The position numbers were made by a program, and so were the translations under genes. Below are positions 27,745 to 40,499 of a stretch of 64,000 nucleotides of DNA, piece after piece (position 1 is the first letter of the stretch; every line of letters starts with the position of its first letter). This DNA comes from Raja brachyura (lineage: Eukaryota), in contig OY740811.1 in the NCBI GenBank assembly GCA_963514005.1, positions 28,086,001 to 28,150,000 on the forward strand, given 5' to 3'. Under the pieces are notes generated by a model. That model was not told the origin of the DNA, ran no database searches, and saw nothing but the letters and a program-made list of their open reading frames with translations.

Positions 27745-28200
27745 CTGTGGAGTTTGCACGCTCCAGCTGTGGCGCGCAGGTTTCCTTTAGACTTTAGAGA
27801 TACAGAAACAGGTCCTTCGGTCTACCGAGTCCTCGCCGACGAAAGACCACCAATAATACAGTAACCTACATGCACTAGAGACAATTTTACAGCTCAGGAA
27901 GCCAGTTAACCTCCAAGCCAGTGTATCTTTGGAGTGTGGGAGGAAACCAGAGCACCCGGAGAAAACCCACGTGGTCATAGGGAGAACGTACGGAAAGTAC
28001 AAACCTCCTCCTTGGGATTCTGGTTCCTCCCACATACCAAGAACGTACAGTGGGATTTTACAATAGAAGACTAGTGTTGGAGGAATTGCTAGATGTGGAA
28101 AGAGAGCAGATTACAGGGAAATAAGTGGAGAGATGCCGCTGATGAGATTGCTCTGGGCTGGCATAGAGGATGAGCTGTATGGTTCCCTGCACTATATGGA
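27745..28200. mobile_element. SINE fragments in both orientations (HE1-like)
   Basis: GGAGTGTGGGAGGAAACCAGAGCACCCGGAGAAAACCCACG core, a partial inverted copy, and a LINE-derived tail. Confidence 0.6.
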
Positions 28201-28599
28201 AATATGGGTAACTTGGCCTTGGACATAATAGTGTAAAGTGCAATAAAGTCCCAATGGTTATTTCTTGGGAAATTTAATTACTGTATAGCTGAAATGTAAA
28301 CACTGTAATATATTGCATGTAGTTATAGCTACTAATTAACCACTGAACAAATAAAGTCAAAACATATTTAAAGTTACAAGCAACCAACCATGTCTTGCAG
28401 CTAGGCCCACATCAATCTAAAAAAAGACATTTCCATTAAACTTTAAATGCTAAATGCATTCAGCTTCCTTCCTCTCTTGAAGGTCCTGTTGTTTGCAGAT
28501 GCTCGACATTCAATACGATTTGGTCCTGCTCTCTGAAGTTGATTCTTATTGGAAATGGAGTGCACTGATTTATTTTCCAGTACATCTCACTGTGTTAGA

Positions 28600-29030
28600 G
28601 TCATAAAATTGTACAGCATAGTAACAGGCCATTGGGACCGCTGTGTCTGTGCCAATCATCATTCCTACTAATTCAATTTACTAAACCTGTTTACCTGGAT
28701 TAATTCCATATCCTTTATGGCCTTTTTTTAAGTACATGTCCAAATGCCTCTTAAATGCTGTTATTATTTTCTCCCTCCACCACATCCTCTGGTCATTCAT
28801 TTGAGATACTACGTTTCCTTTGTATGACAAATTTACCCCTCTGATCCCATTTAAACCTTTCACCTTAAAGCTGTGCCCTCTAGTTTTAGACATGTCTACC
28901 ATGAGAAACAAACTAGCTATCTTTCTTATCTATGCCTCTCATTATTTTATACACCTTTATCACGTCACCTCTTTGCTGAAGGGATCCAGCCTACCCATTA
29001 TCTTCTTATAACTCAAGCCCTCCAATCCAG
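28600..29030 (-). mobile_element. CR1-type LINE 3' fragment
   Basis: KTRGHSFKVKG...AFKRHLD. Confidence 0.8.
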
Positions 29031-30187
29031 GGTGTTCTTATGTAAAACCTAGATATTAAGGACTGCCATGTTAAATACATGGAAGAAAAGATCCATCCCC
29101 AATGTCCATTAATTTCAGTGTTAGATTAGATACGGAGAAAAGCCTCACTGTTTACTGCTTGCTTTATGGACAACTGTCTTACTGAGTATTTGCAACATAT
29201 TTTGGCATGTAGATGAGCATGTAGATGCTATGAAGTCATGCACTGGACACATGGCCATTCCGGCAAATATCTTGACTGAGATTCCAAAGGTAGACTACTG
29301 GCTTAGAGTGGATTTCTGCTCACTGAATACATTTAAGTTACGAATAAACAAGGAAATGCAGGTGCCGGTTACAAAGAAATGACATAAAGTGCTGGAGTAA
29401 CTCAGCGGATGGAGAACATGGATTGGTGACGTTGAAGATACTAGAAGATCTTTCTGTAATGAAGAAGAATTAGTGTTCTCTAATCCTGCATAATGAAGTC
29501 ATCCCAACAACAGTGGGAAGCAAGTGATGAATTTGGGATTCTACTCTTCATGAAGAATCAGCCCCTTTAAATAATAAAATGCAACATGTCTTGTTTTATT
29601 TTTCACACATATTTTCCATGAATTGCAGAGATCCAACACAACGTAAATTACTGAAATCAGTCATCATTGCAAATGAAACAATTGAGAATCTCAACAAGGT
29701 GACATATAGCTGTAACAATATTATCAACATGTCTCTAACTTCCTTGTTATCACAGTGCAGATTCGAATTTCAGGCCTAATTCTCTTCTACGACAGGAAAT
29801 ACCATTCATTTCCAGCATTTGCAGTACTTTGCATCTGAACTACTGCAGAACCTTTAACAAAAGAAGATACCAACATGTTTCATTTGGACATTATCAGAAA
29901 AAAACGATACTGAGCCAAGAGGAGATATTTGACCAAAGAAATGGTTAAAGTAGTAGAATTTTAAGAGGTATTATTTTAAAGAAAGGAGTCCTCTGCGAGA
30001 ACATCAGATTTTTTTTAAGGTGACAAACTGTAGCATGCATGGATTTTAGCAGGATGCTTGACAAAGTCAAGATTGAACAAAAAAAGAAGGGTCCTATAGA
30101 ATCCAAGGGAAGAATAACATGTTGGACTTGTTTCTGCTACACTGTAAACACTAAAAGCTAAAGGACCAGGTAAGGGACTGAAGCAAT

Positions 30188-31119
30188 TTAATTTGCATCA
30201 TTCTGCCTCTTCGTGTAATCCTGAATGCAGGATTGGAAATAAACCATGGTGTTCTTCTGCGGCATAAACAAAATGATGTAACATTTTGGAACAAAATAGC
30301 CCAGAGCAATACTAAAGGCACCAGTGACAGTTAGGAAAGTCTGTATGTATGAGGTGTACCTTTCCTGATTGGGGGTGACCATTGATGTCATATACAGAAT
30401 GTAATACACAAAACAGATCATCATACTGAAGGCAATGAACTTAGCCTCATTGTAATTTTTTGGTAGGTCTCTTCCCATATAAGCAAAGATGAAACATGCT
30501 CCTGTTAGAAAAACAGTGTAAAGAAAACTGAGAGAGAAGGCAATGGTGTTACCAATGTTGCAGTCCAGGACAATTAATTTTGTAATGATATGTCCATGAG
30601 TGCTGGGTGGGCCTGTAATCAGCCACACAGTGCAAATGATGATTTGGATGAAGGTGCTTAAAAAGATGAATATGTACTGTCCATTATATTTAACCCAATA
30701 TTCGTGGGCCTTGGGCAACTTGGCGGCCAGTTTAAATATACAGACAATTTGAAATGACCTAACCAAGATACAGGACAGGCAGATTGTGAAGCTGACTGTG
30801 AAAAACAACTGTCTCATTTGGCAGAATACTTTGCTTGGTTTGTCAATGTAGAAAAACACACAGGAAAAGCTACAGATCATTGTTGCAAGCATGAGAAAAC
30901 ACATTCTGCCACCAGCAGACCTGACAACTGGAGTGTTGTAATTAAGTATAAAGATGATTGCTATGATAATGGTCAGCAAAAGTCCACCATTTGCCAACAT
31001 CAATAGAAATATAGAAAAAGGTGCATGCCATTCCAGATAGTTTAGCTCCCGTTCCAGGCATTGATGGCTCCTTGGAGGTGACCACTGTTGCCGGAGACAA
31101 TCCACACAACTGTAGGGAT
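30188..31119 (-). CDS. TAS1R6: TAS1R gene A exon 6 (7TM domain)
   Basis: NTPVVRSAGGRMC, MGRDLPKNYNEAKFI, YFVPKCYIIL and FQSCIQDYT resemble the TAS1R1/2 side of the family; total CDS 2514 nt = 837 aa; AATAAA on - at 29595-29600. Confidence 0.93.
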
Positions 31120-32384
31120 CTGCAACAAATTTCATTATGATTAATTCACATGGAGGACAAGGATACTTTAAAGAAACTGTGTTGTGCACATTGGATATGG
31201 CAGAGCACCAGATTTGACCCAATTTTGGCCTGAAGAAGGGTTCCGAGCCAAAGGTCATCTGCACATTCCCTCTACAGATGCTGCCTAACAAGTTGAGTTC
31301 CTTCAGCACTTTCTTCGACTTTAACAATTTATTGAAAACCTCCCACTCCTTTCAGCAATATTGTCAACCACTTCTTTGAATGTTATACTGTATTGAAATC
31401 TGTTATAATCCTTAACTTCAGCCATGCTCATGTTGATTTTCCAGGGGAGACTATCTCATAGATATGAATGACATATAGAGCAAATTTCCTTATACACTCT
31501 TGGTAAAAAGTCCTCTGGGAGTCCTAGAATACAAAGAACAGGGTGAAAGAACAGTGATTGGGGGAAGATTACATGTTGAACTACCCTTGGACTGTAAACT
31601 GGTAAGTGTTCCGGTATTCATTGATGATGGTAACTACATTTGGTTTACCTCATAGCTGCCCACTATAGGATTTGCTACATTATTCCTGATGAACAGACCT
31701 TAAACAGATAGATACAAGAAACTGCACATGCTGGTTTACGAAAGAAAAAAGACGCAGAGTACTGGAGCAACACTGTGGGTTAGGAAATATCGCTGGAGAA
31801 CATGGATAAAAGGCCAGGACCTTTCTTCAGAGCATCTTAAAGAGGTGCTAGGCATATGCTACAGCACATTCTTGGCTAATATAGTAAGTTGCAGACTTCT
31901 ATTCACAGTGCGTTTGTGTTTTCATGTAACCTTTTAAGGGATTTAATAGGTCAATCACCTACTGAAAAACAGAGGCACTTTGTAGGCTTCCAATTAAAAA
32001 ATGTTATTTTTAACTCTTTTCTCATCAGTTTCAGAGTGTGAAGCAACCAATTGCCCACAAATGAGATTCTCTCATCACATTACTGAACATAATTCTAGAT
32101 CCAAAGTTATAGTAATGAATAGTTTTTGTTCCATTTTAATAACCCATCAATTCCCCTCCCCCCACACATGTGGAGTTAACTAGTGGCTGGTTTTCTGCAG
32201 AAAGAAAGGTCTCTGGTTGACTCAACCAATGAGACAAGAGAGGAAATACGAGCTATTTTTAACAGATTTTCCTATTAGAGGTAAGGAGTTGCAGATGGTG
32301 TGATATTTTACAATTTACAATGAGATCAAGGAAAAAGTAAATCAAAAACTAGCGGAGGAATAGTGCATAAAGACACGCACTGAC

Positions 32385-32505
32385 CACTTTGATTCAGGAA
32401 TGTTCCGGAGGGACAATCTTCACAGTTGTAGCAGCAAGGAAAAATTCCTCTTGGGACTTTCTTCTGTCCAGGTTCACACATCGTTGAACAATTAGAAAAT
32501 GGAAT
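32385..32505 (-). CDS. TAS1R6: TAS1R gene A exon 5 (cysteine-rich domain)
   Basis: IPFSNCSTMCEPGQKK...CCYNCEDCPSGTFLNQS; 121 nt, the same length as exon 5 of gene B. Confidence 0.92.
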
Positions 32506-33099
32506 CTGGTGGATAAAATACACAAGATCTCTCTAAGCTTCACAAAGAGACCTAGCTATCATTTGTAGAAATTAATTTTGCTGTGGAGTGGGGTTGGAAG
32601 GGGAAGCTAGGGTAGGTGTCTTCCCCATCCAAAGGCAAAAACAGTGGGGGTTTTCTCTGGAGCTTCGGAACAGTTCCACAAGAACAAACGAGACATGAAC
32701 TCCTTATAAATTTCTTACCTCCTCCTCAGTTTAGGTATTTGTCAATGAGAGCTGTGAATGATACAAGTTAACACACAATCTGTCACTTCGCACTAAGAGT
32801 GGGAAGGGGTTGAGGTCTAGAAATTGAATGGAAACCATTTGGACGCATTTAGTAGTGCACCAAACAAATTGAGAGCTCACCATTGCAAAGATCAGAAACG
32901 TACACGTCTCATGTTTTCATGGGTTACTGATTAGGTCTTGCACATGGAATTATCTTTCCGGTAAATCTGGTGCAGATTGAAGTGGGATTTACAAAGGATA
33001 AAAACTTGTGAAAAGGTTGAAGTTGGCATATCTGAGGAGAGGAACAGTGAGCATCTCAAGAATCTGTTAGAGTTTGAGGGGAAGAGTGGGGGAGGAAAC

Positions 33100-35240
33100 A
33101 TAGAGATTTAGAAAATAGGTGCAGGAGTAGGCCATTCGGCCCCGAGCCAGCACTGCAATTCAATATGATATTTGCTGATCATCCAACATCAGTACCCCGT
33201 TCCTGCATTTTTTACCATAGGCCATGAGTCCGTTAGCCCCGAGCTAATTACAACTCTCTCTTGAAAACATCCAGTGACTTGCCTGTGGCAGAGAATTCTA
33301 CAGATTCACAACTCTGGCTGAAAAAGATTTTCTTCATCTCAGTCCTAAATGCCCTACCCCATATTCTTAAACTGTGACCCCTGGTTCTGGGCTCCCCCAA
33401 AATCGGGAACATTTTTCCTGCATCTAGCTTGTCCAATCCCTTAAGAATTGTATATGTTTCTGTAACTGTGTCCAAGGTGATTTGTATAGGGTGGACAACA
33501 TTGAATGATTCAATGGTGATTATATCACATGAGGACAAGCTGTCCAACAACAAAGCAAGTGGCTTAGATCATATTTCTGCTGAACATCTTAAGTGGATAG
33601 CTTATGAGGATAGCTCCTCTCCTTTCTATTGTTTCACTGGCTTTATGATTCATGGCTTGTTACCAGACTCAATGTTGTCTGTTCTGCTTGTCATTAAGGA
33701 CAAAGTTGGTAAAGTAGGCAGCCTAAATAATTACAGGCCCATAGCTTTAGCCAGCATATTGTCAAAAGTCCTAGAAAGAAGGGGTGCCTAAATACATTGT
33801 GAGAATTTGGGCTTACTGGTATGCCCATCAAACTATGCAAGTAAAATGGGGCAATAGGGTCTCAGCCCCATTTGGGGTTAACAATGGTGTTAGACAAGGG
33901 GGAATTTTTATTGATGATTGTAATCTTTATATTGATGATCTGCCAAGCAATTGAAAGCCTGTAATACTGGGTGCATGATTGGTCATACTTTAGTGAACCA
34001 TATTATGTATGCAGTTGATCTTGTGGTCTTTAGTCCATCTAGCACTGGGCTCCATCAGCTCCTTACTATATGTTCTGTGTATGGTGTGGAACATGATATC
34101 AAATATAATGCTGGTAAGAGTGTTGTTATAATCTGTAGAATCCAAAGAGGATAAATATCAAACATTTCCTGATTTTAAATTTTCTGACAATAATCTTAGT
34201 GTCTGTAATAAGATAAAATATCTTGGACATTTTATTACAGAACAAATGACAGATGATGAGGATATTTATAGGCAATGCCGTATGCTGTATGTACAAGCGA
34301 ATATTCTCTTACGCAAGTTTGGGGCGTGCACAGATGTAGTGAAGTTGTCTTTGTTCAGAGCACATTGTATACCTGTGGTCAAACTACAGAAAAACAAGTT
34401 TTCAGAGACTTAAAGTAGCTTATAATGATGCCATGAGAATACTACTAAAGAAACCTAGATGGTGTAGTGCAAGTGAAATGTTTGTGTCTGCAGGAGTCAG
34501 TACTTTAGAAGCTATCCTAAGAAATCATATGTATACATTTATTTGCAGGATTAATTACTCTGAAAATGAAATTATCTTGGTCTTATCAAACATAAGGTTT
34601 AGCACTACACGCTACCAATCCCAGCTGTGAAGACATTCGTATAGTTGTCTCGTCTTTCTTTTTATTCTGGATTTTAAACATGCATTGTGTTTTTGTATAT
34701 CATTTATCATGCTCTTATAAGGAAATTACTAAGCTTTTATATGTATTTTATGGTGTTTTTATCTGCAATGTATTCCATGTAATGTCGTCTTTTATCTGTA
34801 CCTTGAATCTGAAGTAAAAGTTTAATGATAATAATAATAATAATAATATAAGAAACCCTCTCATCCTTCTAAATTCCAGTGAATACAAACCCAGTCGACT
34901 CATTCTTTCATCATATGTCAGTCCCGCCATCCCGGGGATTAACCTGGTGAACCTACGCTGCACTCCCTCAATAGCAAGAATATCCTTCCTCAAATTAGGA
35001 GACCAAAACTGCACACAATACTCCGGGTGTGGTCTCACCAGGGCCTTGTACAACTGCAGTAGGACCTCCTTGCTCCTAAACTCAAATCCTCTCACTATGG
35101 AGGCTAACATGCCATTAGCTTTATTCACTGCCTGCTGTACCTGCATGCTTACTTTCAGTGGCTGATGTACAAGGACACCCAGGTCTAGTTGCACCTCCCC
35201 TTTTCCTAATCTGACACCTTTCAGGTAAAAATCTGCCTGA
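33100..35240 (-). mobile_element. CR1-type LINE split by the RTEX-like insertion (33100-33465 and 34847-35240)
   Basis: LYKALVRPHPEYCVQFWSP...EFRRMRG continues as ETYTILKGLDKLDAGKMFP across the insert. Confidence 0.88.
33466..34846 (+). mobile_element. 5'-truncated RTEX-like LINE nested in a CR1 LINE
   Basis: RT relics NYRPIALASILSKVLE, NGVRQGG, NHIMYA(V)DL, KYLGHFI, LKVAYNDAMRILL; (TAA)n tail 34829-34846; the host CR1 resumes on both sides. Confidence 0.7.
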
Positions 35241-35900
35241 CAAATCCAGACAAGTCATTGTTGTCTGGTTAAAATAGATAGGTTAGATAAGAAATGTGGA
35301 AGGGTCAGAACAAAAATCAGGCCGGGGTGAAGAGGGAAAGTTGAACCGCAGATCAGAGGTTGGGGCCATGGGGTAAATTTAAGTATCTGTAAGTGGGCGT
35401 GAGCAGGGAGATGTGGGTTGTGACAAGGAGGGATATCCAGGGTGCAGGTGGTGGCTGCCAAGGAAGACAATTGCAATGGGAAGTATATTACTTAAAATGG
35501 ACCTGCCTGAGGTGAGTTTCCACCATAGGACTCCATAGACGGGTAGAGCTAATGTCCTAAAACTGCAATATCCCATAAACATCAGGAGGTAAACAACCTG
35601 ATCATGTTCGACTGTTATTGGTTGAAGAGCACAGCACTTCTCTCAATGGTGTCGCAAATTCACCAGAGAGGGCAGATAATTCCATATTTGAAGGTCTCAT
35701 TCAAAGGGCAGTATGTCCAACCTCTCAGATTCCCTCAGTGTCAGTCTGAATTCTGATCTTGAATCCATACCGACTCAAGAGGTAAGATTGCAACCACTGA
35801 GCCAAGCAAAACACCTCTGGGTCAAGACATCGTGTTAATATGGATAAGTACAAGCCTTTCTGACTAGCATAAAAGTATTACATTTTTACAGAGTTCTCAC

Positions 35901-36113
35901 CAAGTTATCTTCCAAATTCCACTGGATTAAGGATGGATTGATGCTGATCTTTCCTGTAGCTGGCATGTACGAACCAATAGTCTTAAAGTAGACTCCGACT
36001 CTCGTCCAATCCCATAAAACAATGTCATAGCCAACTGGTGGGTCTCCGTTCTCATCAAAATAGAGAGTGTAATCGTGAAGGTTAAATTTCACCGTCTTTA
36101 ATCTGCTGAGTAA
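35901..36113 (-). CDS. TAS1R6: TAS1R gene A exon 4
   Basis: LLSRLKTVKFNL...FDENGDPPVGYDIVLWDW...IQW; AG/GT boundaries; 213 nt. Confidence 0.92.
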
Positions 36114-37003
36114 CTGTCACACAAATAATTTAATGCAAATACATGATATCAACATTGAGATTGGGCAGTTCAACCAGTAGGTTTGACATTGTTTATAATT
36201 CATTCAGTCATCATTGAAATTCTAAATATCACCGGTGTTTGGCTCAAATTCTTTAATTGTTCTTGACCGGCTTTCCTTACTACTATTTGAGTTTGATTTT
36301 TGCCTTAATTATCTTGGGTTATTTCTGTTTTTGTTGAATTAATTATTGAAAGTTGAGCATTTGGATGTTAAATGTATTAATTGTGATTACGTTTCAGGTT
36401 AGATTAGGGGCAAATTCTGAGATTTAATGATTTACATGTCAAGGGCAAGTCTTAAGATCAATTGCTAGGTAATGGCTCACAGTTAAATCTTAAAATTCAA
36501 GTTTAAAATATGTCTTGCGGTTCGTTATGCATTCAGTTTTAGGATGTAGACACAGGAACTGCAGATGCTAGTTTACAAAAAAAAACACGGCAGTCTGAAG
36601 AAGGGTCTCGACCCAAAACATCACCCATTCCTTCTCTCCAGAGATGCTGCCTGTCCCGCTGAGTTACTCCAGCATTTTGTGTCTACCTTCGATTTAAACC
36701 AGCATCTGCTGTTCTTTCCTACACAAAGAGGAGATTGGAGAGTTGGGGATTTGGGGCAAGGGATATCAGGATTGGATGAAGTTCAGGAAGATGATGAGGT
36801 GAAATTGAGGGATATGGGTAGTAAACAATTTTGGGGGGGATGGGGACAAGATAAAGCTGAGGGAAAAGTGAGTGTGAATTGGATGGATGTGTTAAAAAAC
36901 AAACAGGTTTGTTGTGCACGAAGGGCTTCTCCGATTTCCATTAATTTTTACGCTCTCATACATCTACCTAGATATGAATCACACTGGATGGGCATACACC
37001 TAC

Positions 37004-37762
37004 CTGCCATGGGAGGAAGCTTTGTGTTCTATCACACTGTGTCGCATTACATTGGAGTAGATCGTGCAATGCATGGGCCACAGCATACACAGCTGCGTAT
37101 ACATTGTGTGAGATTCTCTTCTCCAGGCTGGGTGATGAAGAGTTTAAATGCTTAGCCTTCAGCCAATTACATTCTTGATCACAGGTGCCTCTGTTATTGG
37201 TATACTCTCCCAATCCCGGGTCTGGCACGATCCCTGAGTAAATGTGCTTCAGAGGTTTCTCTAGGAATTCCTTAAAGTGTGTCAACTCCCCTTCCTTAAC
37301 CGCTATGCCTATAACAGCCCCAATACTCTCAATTCTTGGTATTTTTGTTATCTCCTCCGATAATGAAATGGCTTCACTTACGATCCACACTTTGGAAACA
37401 AGATTTTGAGCCACAACAAAACTGAAAAATACTTGTGCTATTAACTTATTGGAAAAGAGAATTGTAACATTGACAGTGCTGCTGATGTTGTTAATGACTT
37501 GCATGATAATCTCGGGGGAAGTAGAGATGATACCCTGATACGCAATGCAAGTCCCCAATGCCGAGGCCATTTCCACCACTTTGGTTAGTCCATTGCGTCC
37601 ATATTCATTGTCACTGCCAACAACAGCAATCCAGTTCCAACGGAATTCCTGGATCAGTAAAGCCATGGCTTCTACTTGATTCTTGTCACTTGGAATAGTC
37701 CGGAAAAATGACGGGAAACGTATTTTATCACTCAGAATCTCACCAGATGCCAGGTAGCTAAT
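37004..37762 (-). CDS. TAS1R6: TAS1R gene A exon 3
   Basis: ISYLASGEILSDKIRFPSFFRTIPSD...WNWIAVVGSDNEYG...VYAVAHALHDLLQC...PWQ; Venus-flytrap domain; 759 nt. Confidence 0.93.
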
Positions 37763-38308
37763 CTGCAGAAGCGGAAAAAATACCTGTGTTAATGCAGAAT
37801 TTCACAAACAATGAGGTATCTTCATGTGCATTTACTGTCAACTCATAGTAAGACAATCTGTGTAAGATTCCATAAAAAGCAATAAAAGGAATAAAAATGA
37901 ACAAATGATCTGCCAATAATTGACACGAACACCAGGAAGAATTCCCTTACTCTTTATCACATATTATGTGCCATAGTATCTTTCACATTCACCTGTGAGG
38001 GCAGAAGTGGCCTTACCTGAAAGGTAGTTATCTGACAGTGCAGCTACCCATATTGCTGCATTGCTCTCCCAGTAGGGATTCTTATGTTCAAGTCCATTTT
38101 GGTTTGGAGATGTGCCACCACTGAGAAATATACTCATCCAGAGTAAATTAACTTTCCTTCAGGTCGTTCCATCCAGAGTATAATATGGGGTTTACTGATA
38201 AAAGTGTTAGGATTCCTAGCTGCCCTCTAGTTCAGGTGATGAACGAACTGCCCGCAATAACATCTCACAGTGTTTTAATACACCGTTGGCCTAGTCTAAT
38301 CAGAACAA

Positions 38309-38475
38309 GCTGGAGTAACTCAGCGGGACAGGCAGCATCTCTGGAGAGATGAGCGGGTGACGTTTCGGGTCGAGACCCTTCTTTCTCTCCAGAGATGTTG
38401 CCTGTCCTGCTGAGTTACTCGAGCTTATTGCGTCTATCTTCAGTGTAAACCAGCATCCGCAGTTCCTTCCTAAAC
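38309..38475. repeat. Palindromic Penelope-derived short repeat (family also at about 953, 4430, 6565, 8780, 11160, 19700, 29350, 31230, 36545, 40860, 42610, 54520, 62870)
   Basis: Arm CTGGAGTAACTCAGCGGGACAGGCAGCATCTCTGGAGAGA and its reverse complement flank a hammerhead remnant. Confidence 0.8.
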
Positions 38476-38789
38476 AATATTGCCATACCAAAGGAAATAA
38501 CAGGAGTGACCAAAAAATTGAATTTTAACAAAGCTGTGGAAGGATAAGAGCCACATGGAGGTCGTAGAATGCAGAGGTAAAGGAAAGGGGTGTTTTAGAA
38601 GTTAGAAACTGACTAAGAGAACATTCGAGCATGGTGAAGTTTGGATGTAATGGGACAGAAGGTATTTTCAAGATTATGGAGGATGAGACATTAAAGTATT
38701 TAAACCCAAGGACAACAATTTAACTTTTGATTAAGGAACCATAAACATATGTAGATTATCATGAACAGTGGGAATAAATAAATTGGGCT

Positions 38790-39370
38790 TGGTACAGGAT
38801 AGCTAACAAAAAATAGTTACAGTTGTACAAGACTTTGCTGAAGCCACATTTTGAGTATTGTGTTCGGTTTTGTTCACCCTACTAAAGGGACAATGTCATT
38901 ATGCTGGAATGACTGCAGAGACGATTCACAAAGGTATTGCCAGGAATCAAGGGCCTGGGCCATCGGAGGAGATTGGAGAAGCTAGGATTTTATTCCTTTG
39001 AGGGTGTGAGGCTAAGAGGTTACAGGAGTGATCTTATAGAGGTGTATAAAATTGTGAGGGGAATTGATAGGGCGAATGCACAGAGACTTTTACCTTGGAG
39101 AAACGGAGAACATAGGTTTAAGGTGATAGGTGCCTGAGAGGCAACTTTTTCAGAGGGATGTGGATATAGGGAATAAGCTGCCAGATGAGGTAGTTGAGGC
39201 AGGTACAATAACAACATTTAAAAGATAGATATATAGGAACATGGATAGGAAAGGTTTAGAAGGATATGGGCCAAATGCATGCAAATGGGATAAGCTGTAA
39301 TGGGGAGAAGCTGTACTTGGTCGGCATGGACAAATTGGGTGAAGGGTGTTTCTGCATTGTATGACTATGA
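38790..39370 (+). mobile_element. CR1-type LINE 3' fragment
   Basis: LYKTLLKPHFEYC relic, DLIEVYKIVRGIDR, 3' tail. Confidence 0.82.
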
Positions 39371-40195
39371 CTCAATATGATTACCTAAAATTTACAAATG
39401 TAAAAGTATAGGAAGGTGACCAACAGAAGATTGTAGTAGGAGGTAGGGCCATTAGCTGTGTTAAAAATAGAAATTAGGCTTGGTTGCCTTATGAATTTAA
39501 AGCTTAAACAGGAGCAAAAGAAGTTTACTGGCTCAGCCAAAGGTAGGCGACATAAAAAGAGGTGAGGTATCGAGAAGGTATAAAACATGTAATCTTGTAG
39601 ACAGCAGCTTCCATAGTCCAAATGTTGATATTAAATAATTTACAAATGTATTCAAAACTGGATGTCAGAATAGTCGACGAACTGGTGGTATTTGGAAAGA
39701 TAGTACAGACATGAAACTGGATATAATACAGTGGAATATTTTGCATAAATAACACTAGTACTTTTAAGCCTTGTCGACAGATGTCACTGCCAAGGGCAGC
39801 CTATTTCATTTCTGGTATGTCATGAATTTGCTGCTCATGACCTGGGCAGAGGAAAATCAACCATTTCTAGATCCAATAACTGTCCAGTGACACAGTGATC
39901 CATGATCATAGCGTCCAATATCGTTTGCTAAAGTATGCAAACAAATTATGCAAACATTCAGTACCTAATTTCTTTAACATATTTATGGGCGTTTACTGAG
40001 AATCCAGAGGCCTTAGACATCTTCAGAAGACCTGATCCTTCTGAAAGCCTTCAACAGAGAATGGTGGCAGTGATTTTAAATTAGACCGTGACAACAAAGC
40101 CAATTTGAGCATTATGGTAAATGAAGAGAACTGAAACCTGGACAAACTGCATCTACTGCAGCTCAGACGTTAACAAGAATCATGATTAAACTTAC

Positions 40196-40499
40196 CTGAG
40201 GAATGAGGAAGAAACCTGAAACTCTAGCAATGGTAATTGCTATTTCGCTTGAAGCTGGCCCAATAATAGCGATCACACTGGGCTGATAGGATGTATAATT
40301 GTTTAATATCTTCACTTCTGTTCCTTGCTTGCCTGACAGGAATCTGAACATGGTCCGAATGTCCACAACTTCAGAGCCACTGACAGCAATATCATAGCCC
40401 AGAATAACGCCTGGCAACAGCGCAGTTGAGTTATTAATTTCCTCAAGGGCAAATCTCATTGCTTGGAAATAGATGAACATGTCTGTCTTGAAGATTGAC
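40196..40499 (-). CDS. TAS1R6: TAS1R gene A exon 2
   Basis: FQAMRFALEEINNSTALLPGVILGY...AIIGPASSE...FLIPQ; AG/GT boundaries; 304 nt. Confidence 0.92.

Noticed and set aside
31120-31327. N-terminal 69 aa of ORF 30188..31327
   Set aside because: Intronic read-through including a Penelope-derived repeat; the true exon starts at the AG acceptor (31119)
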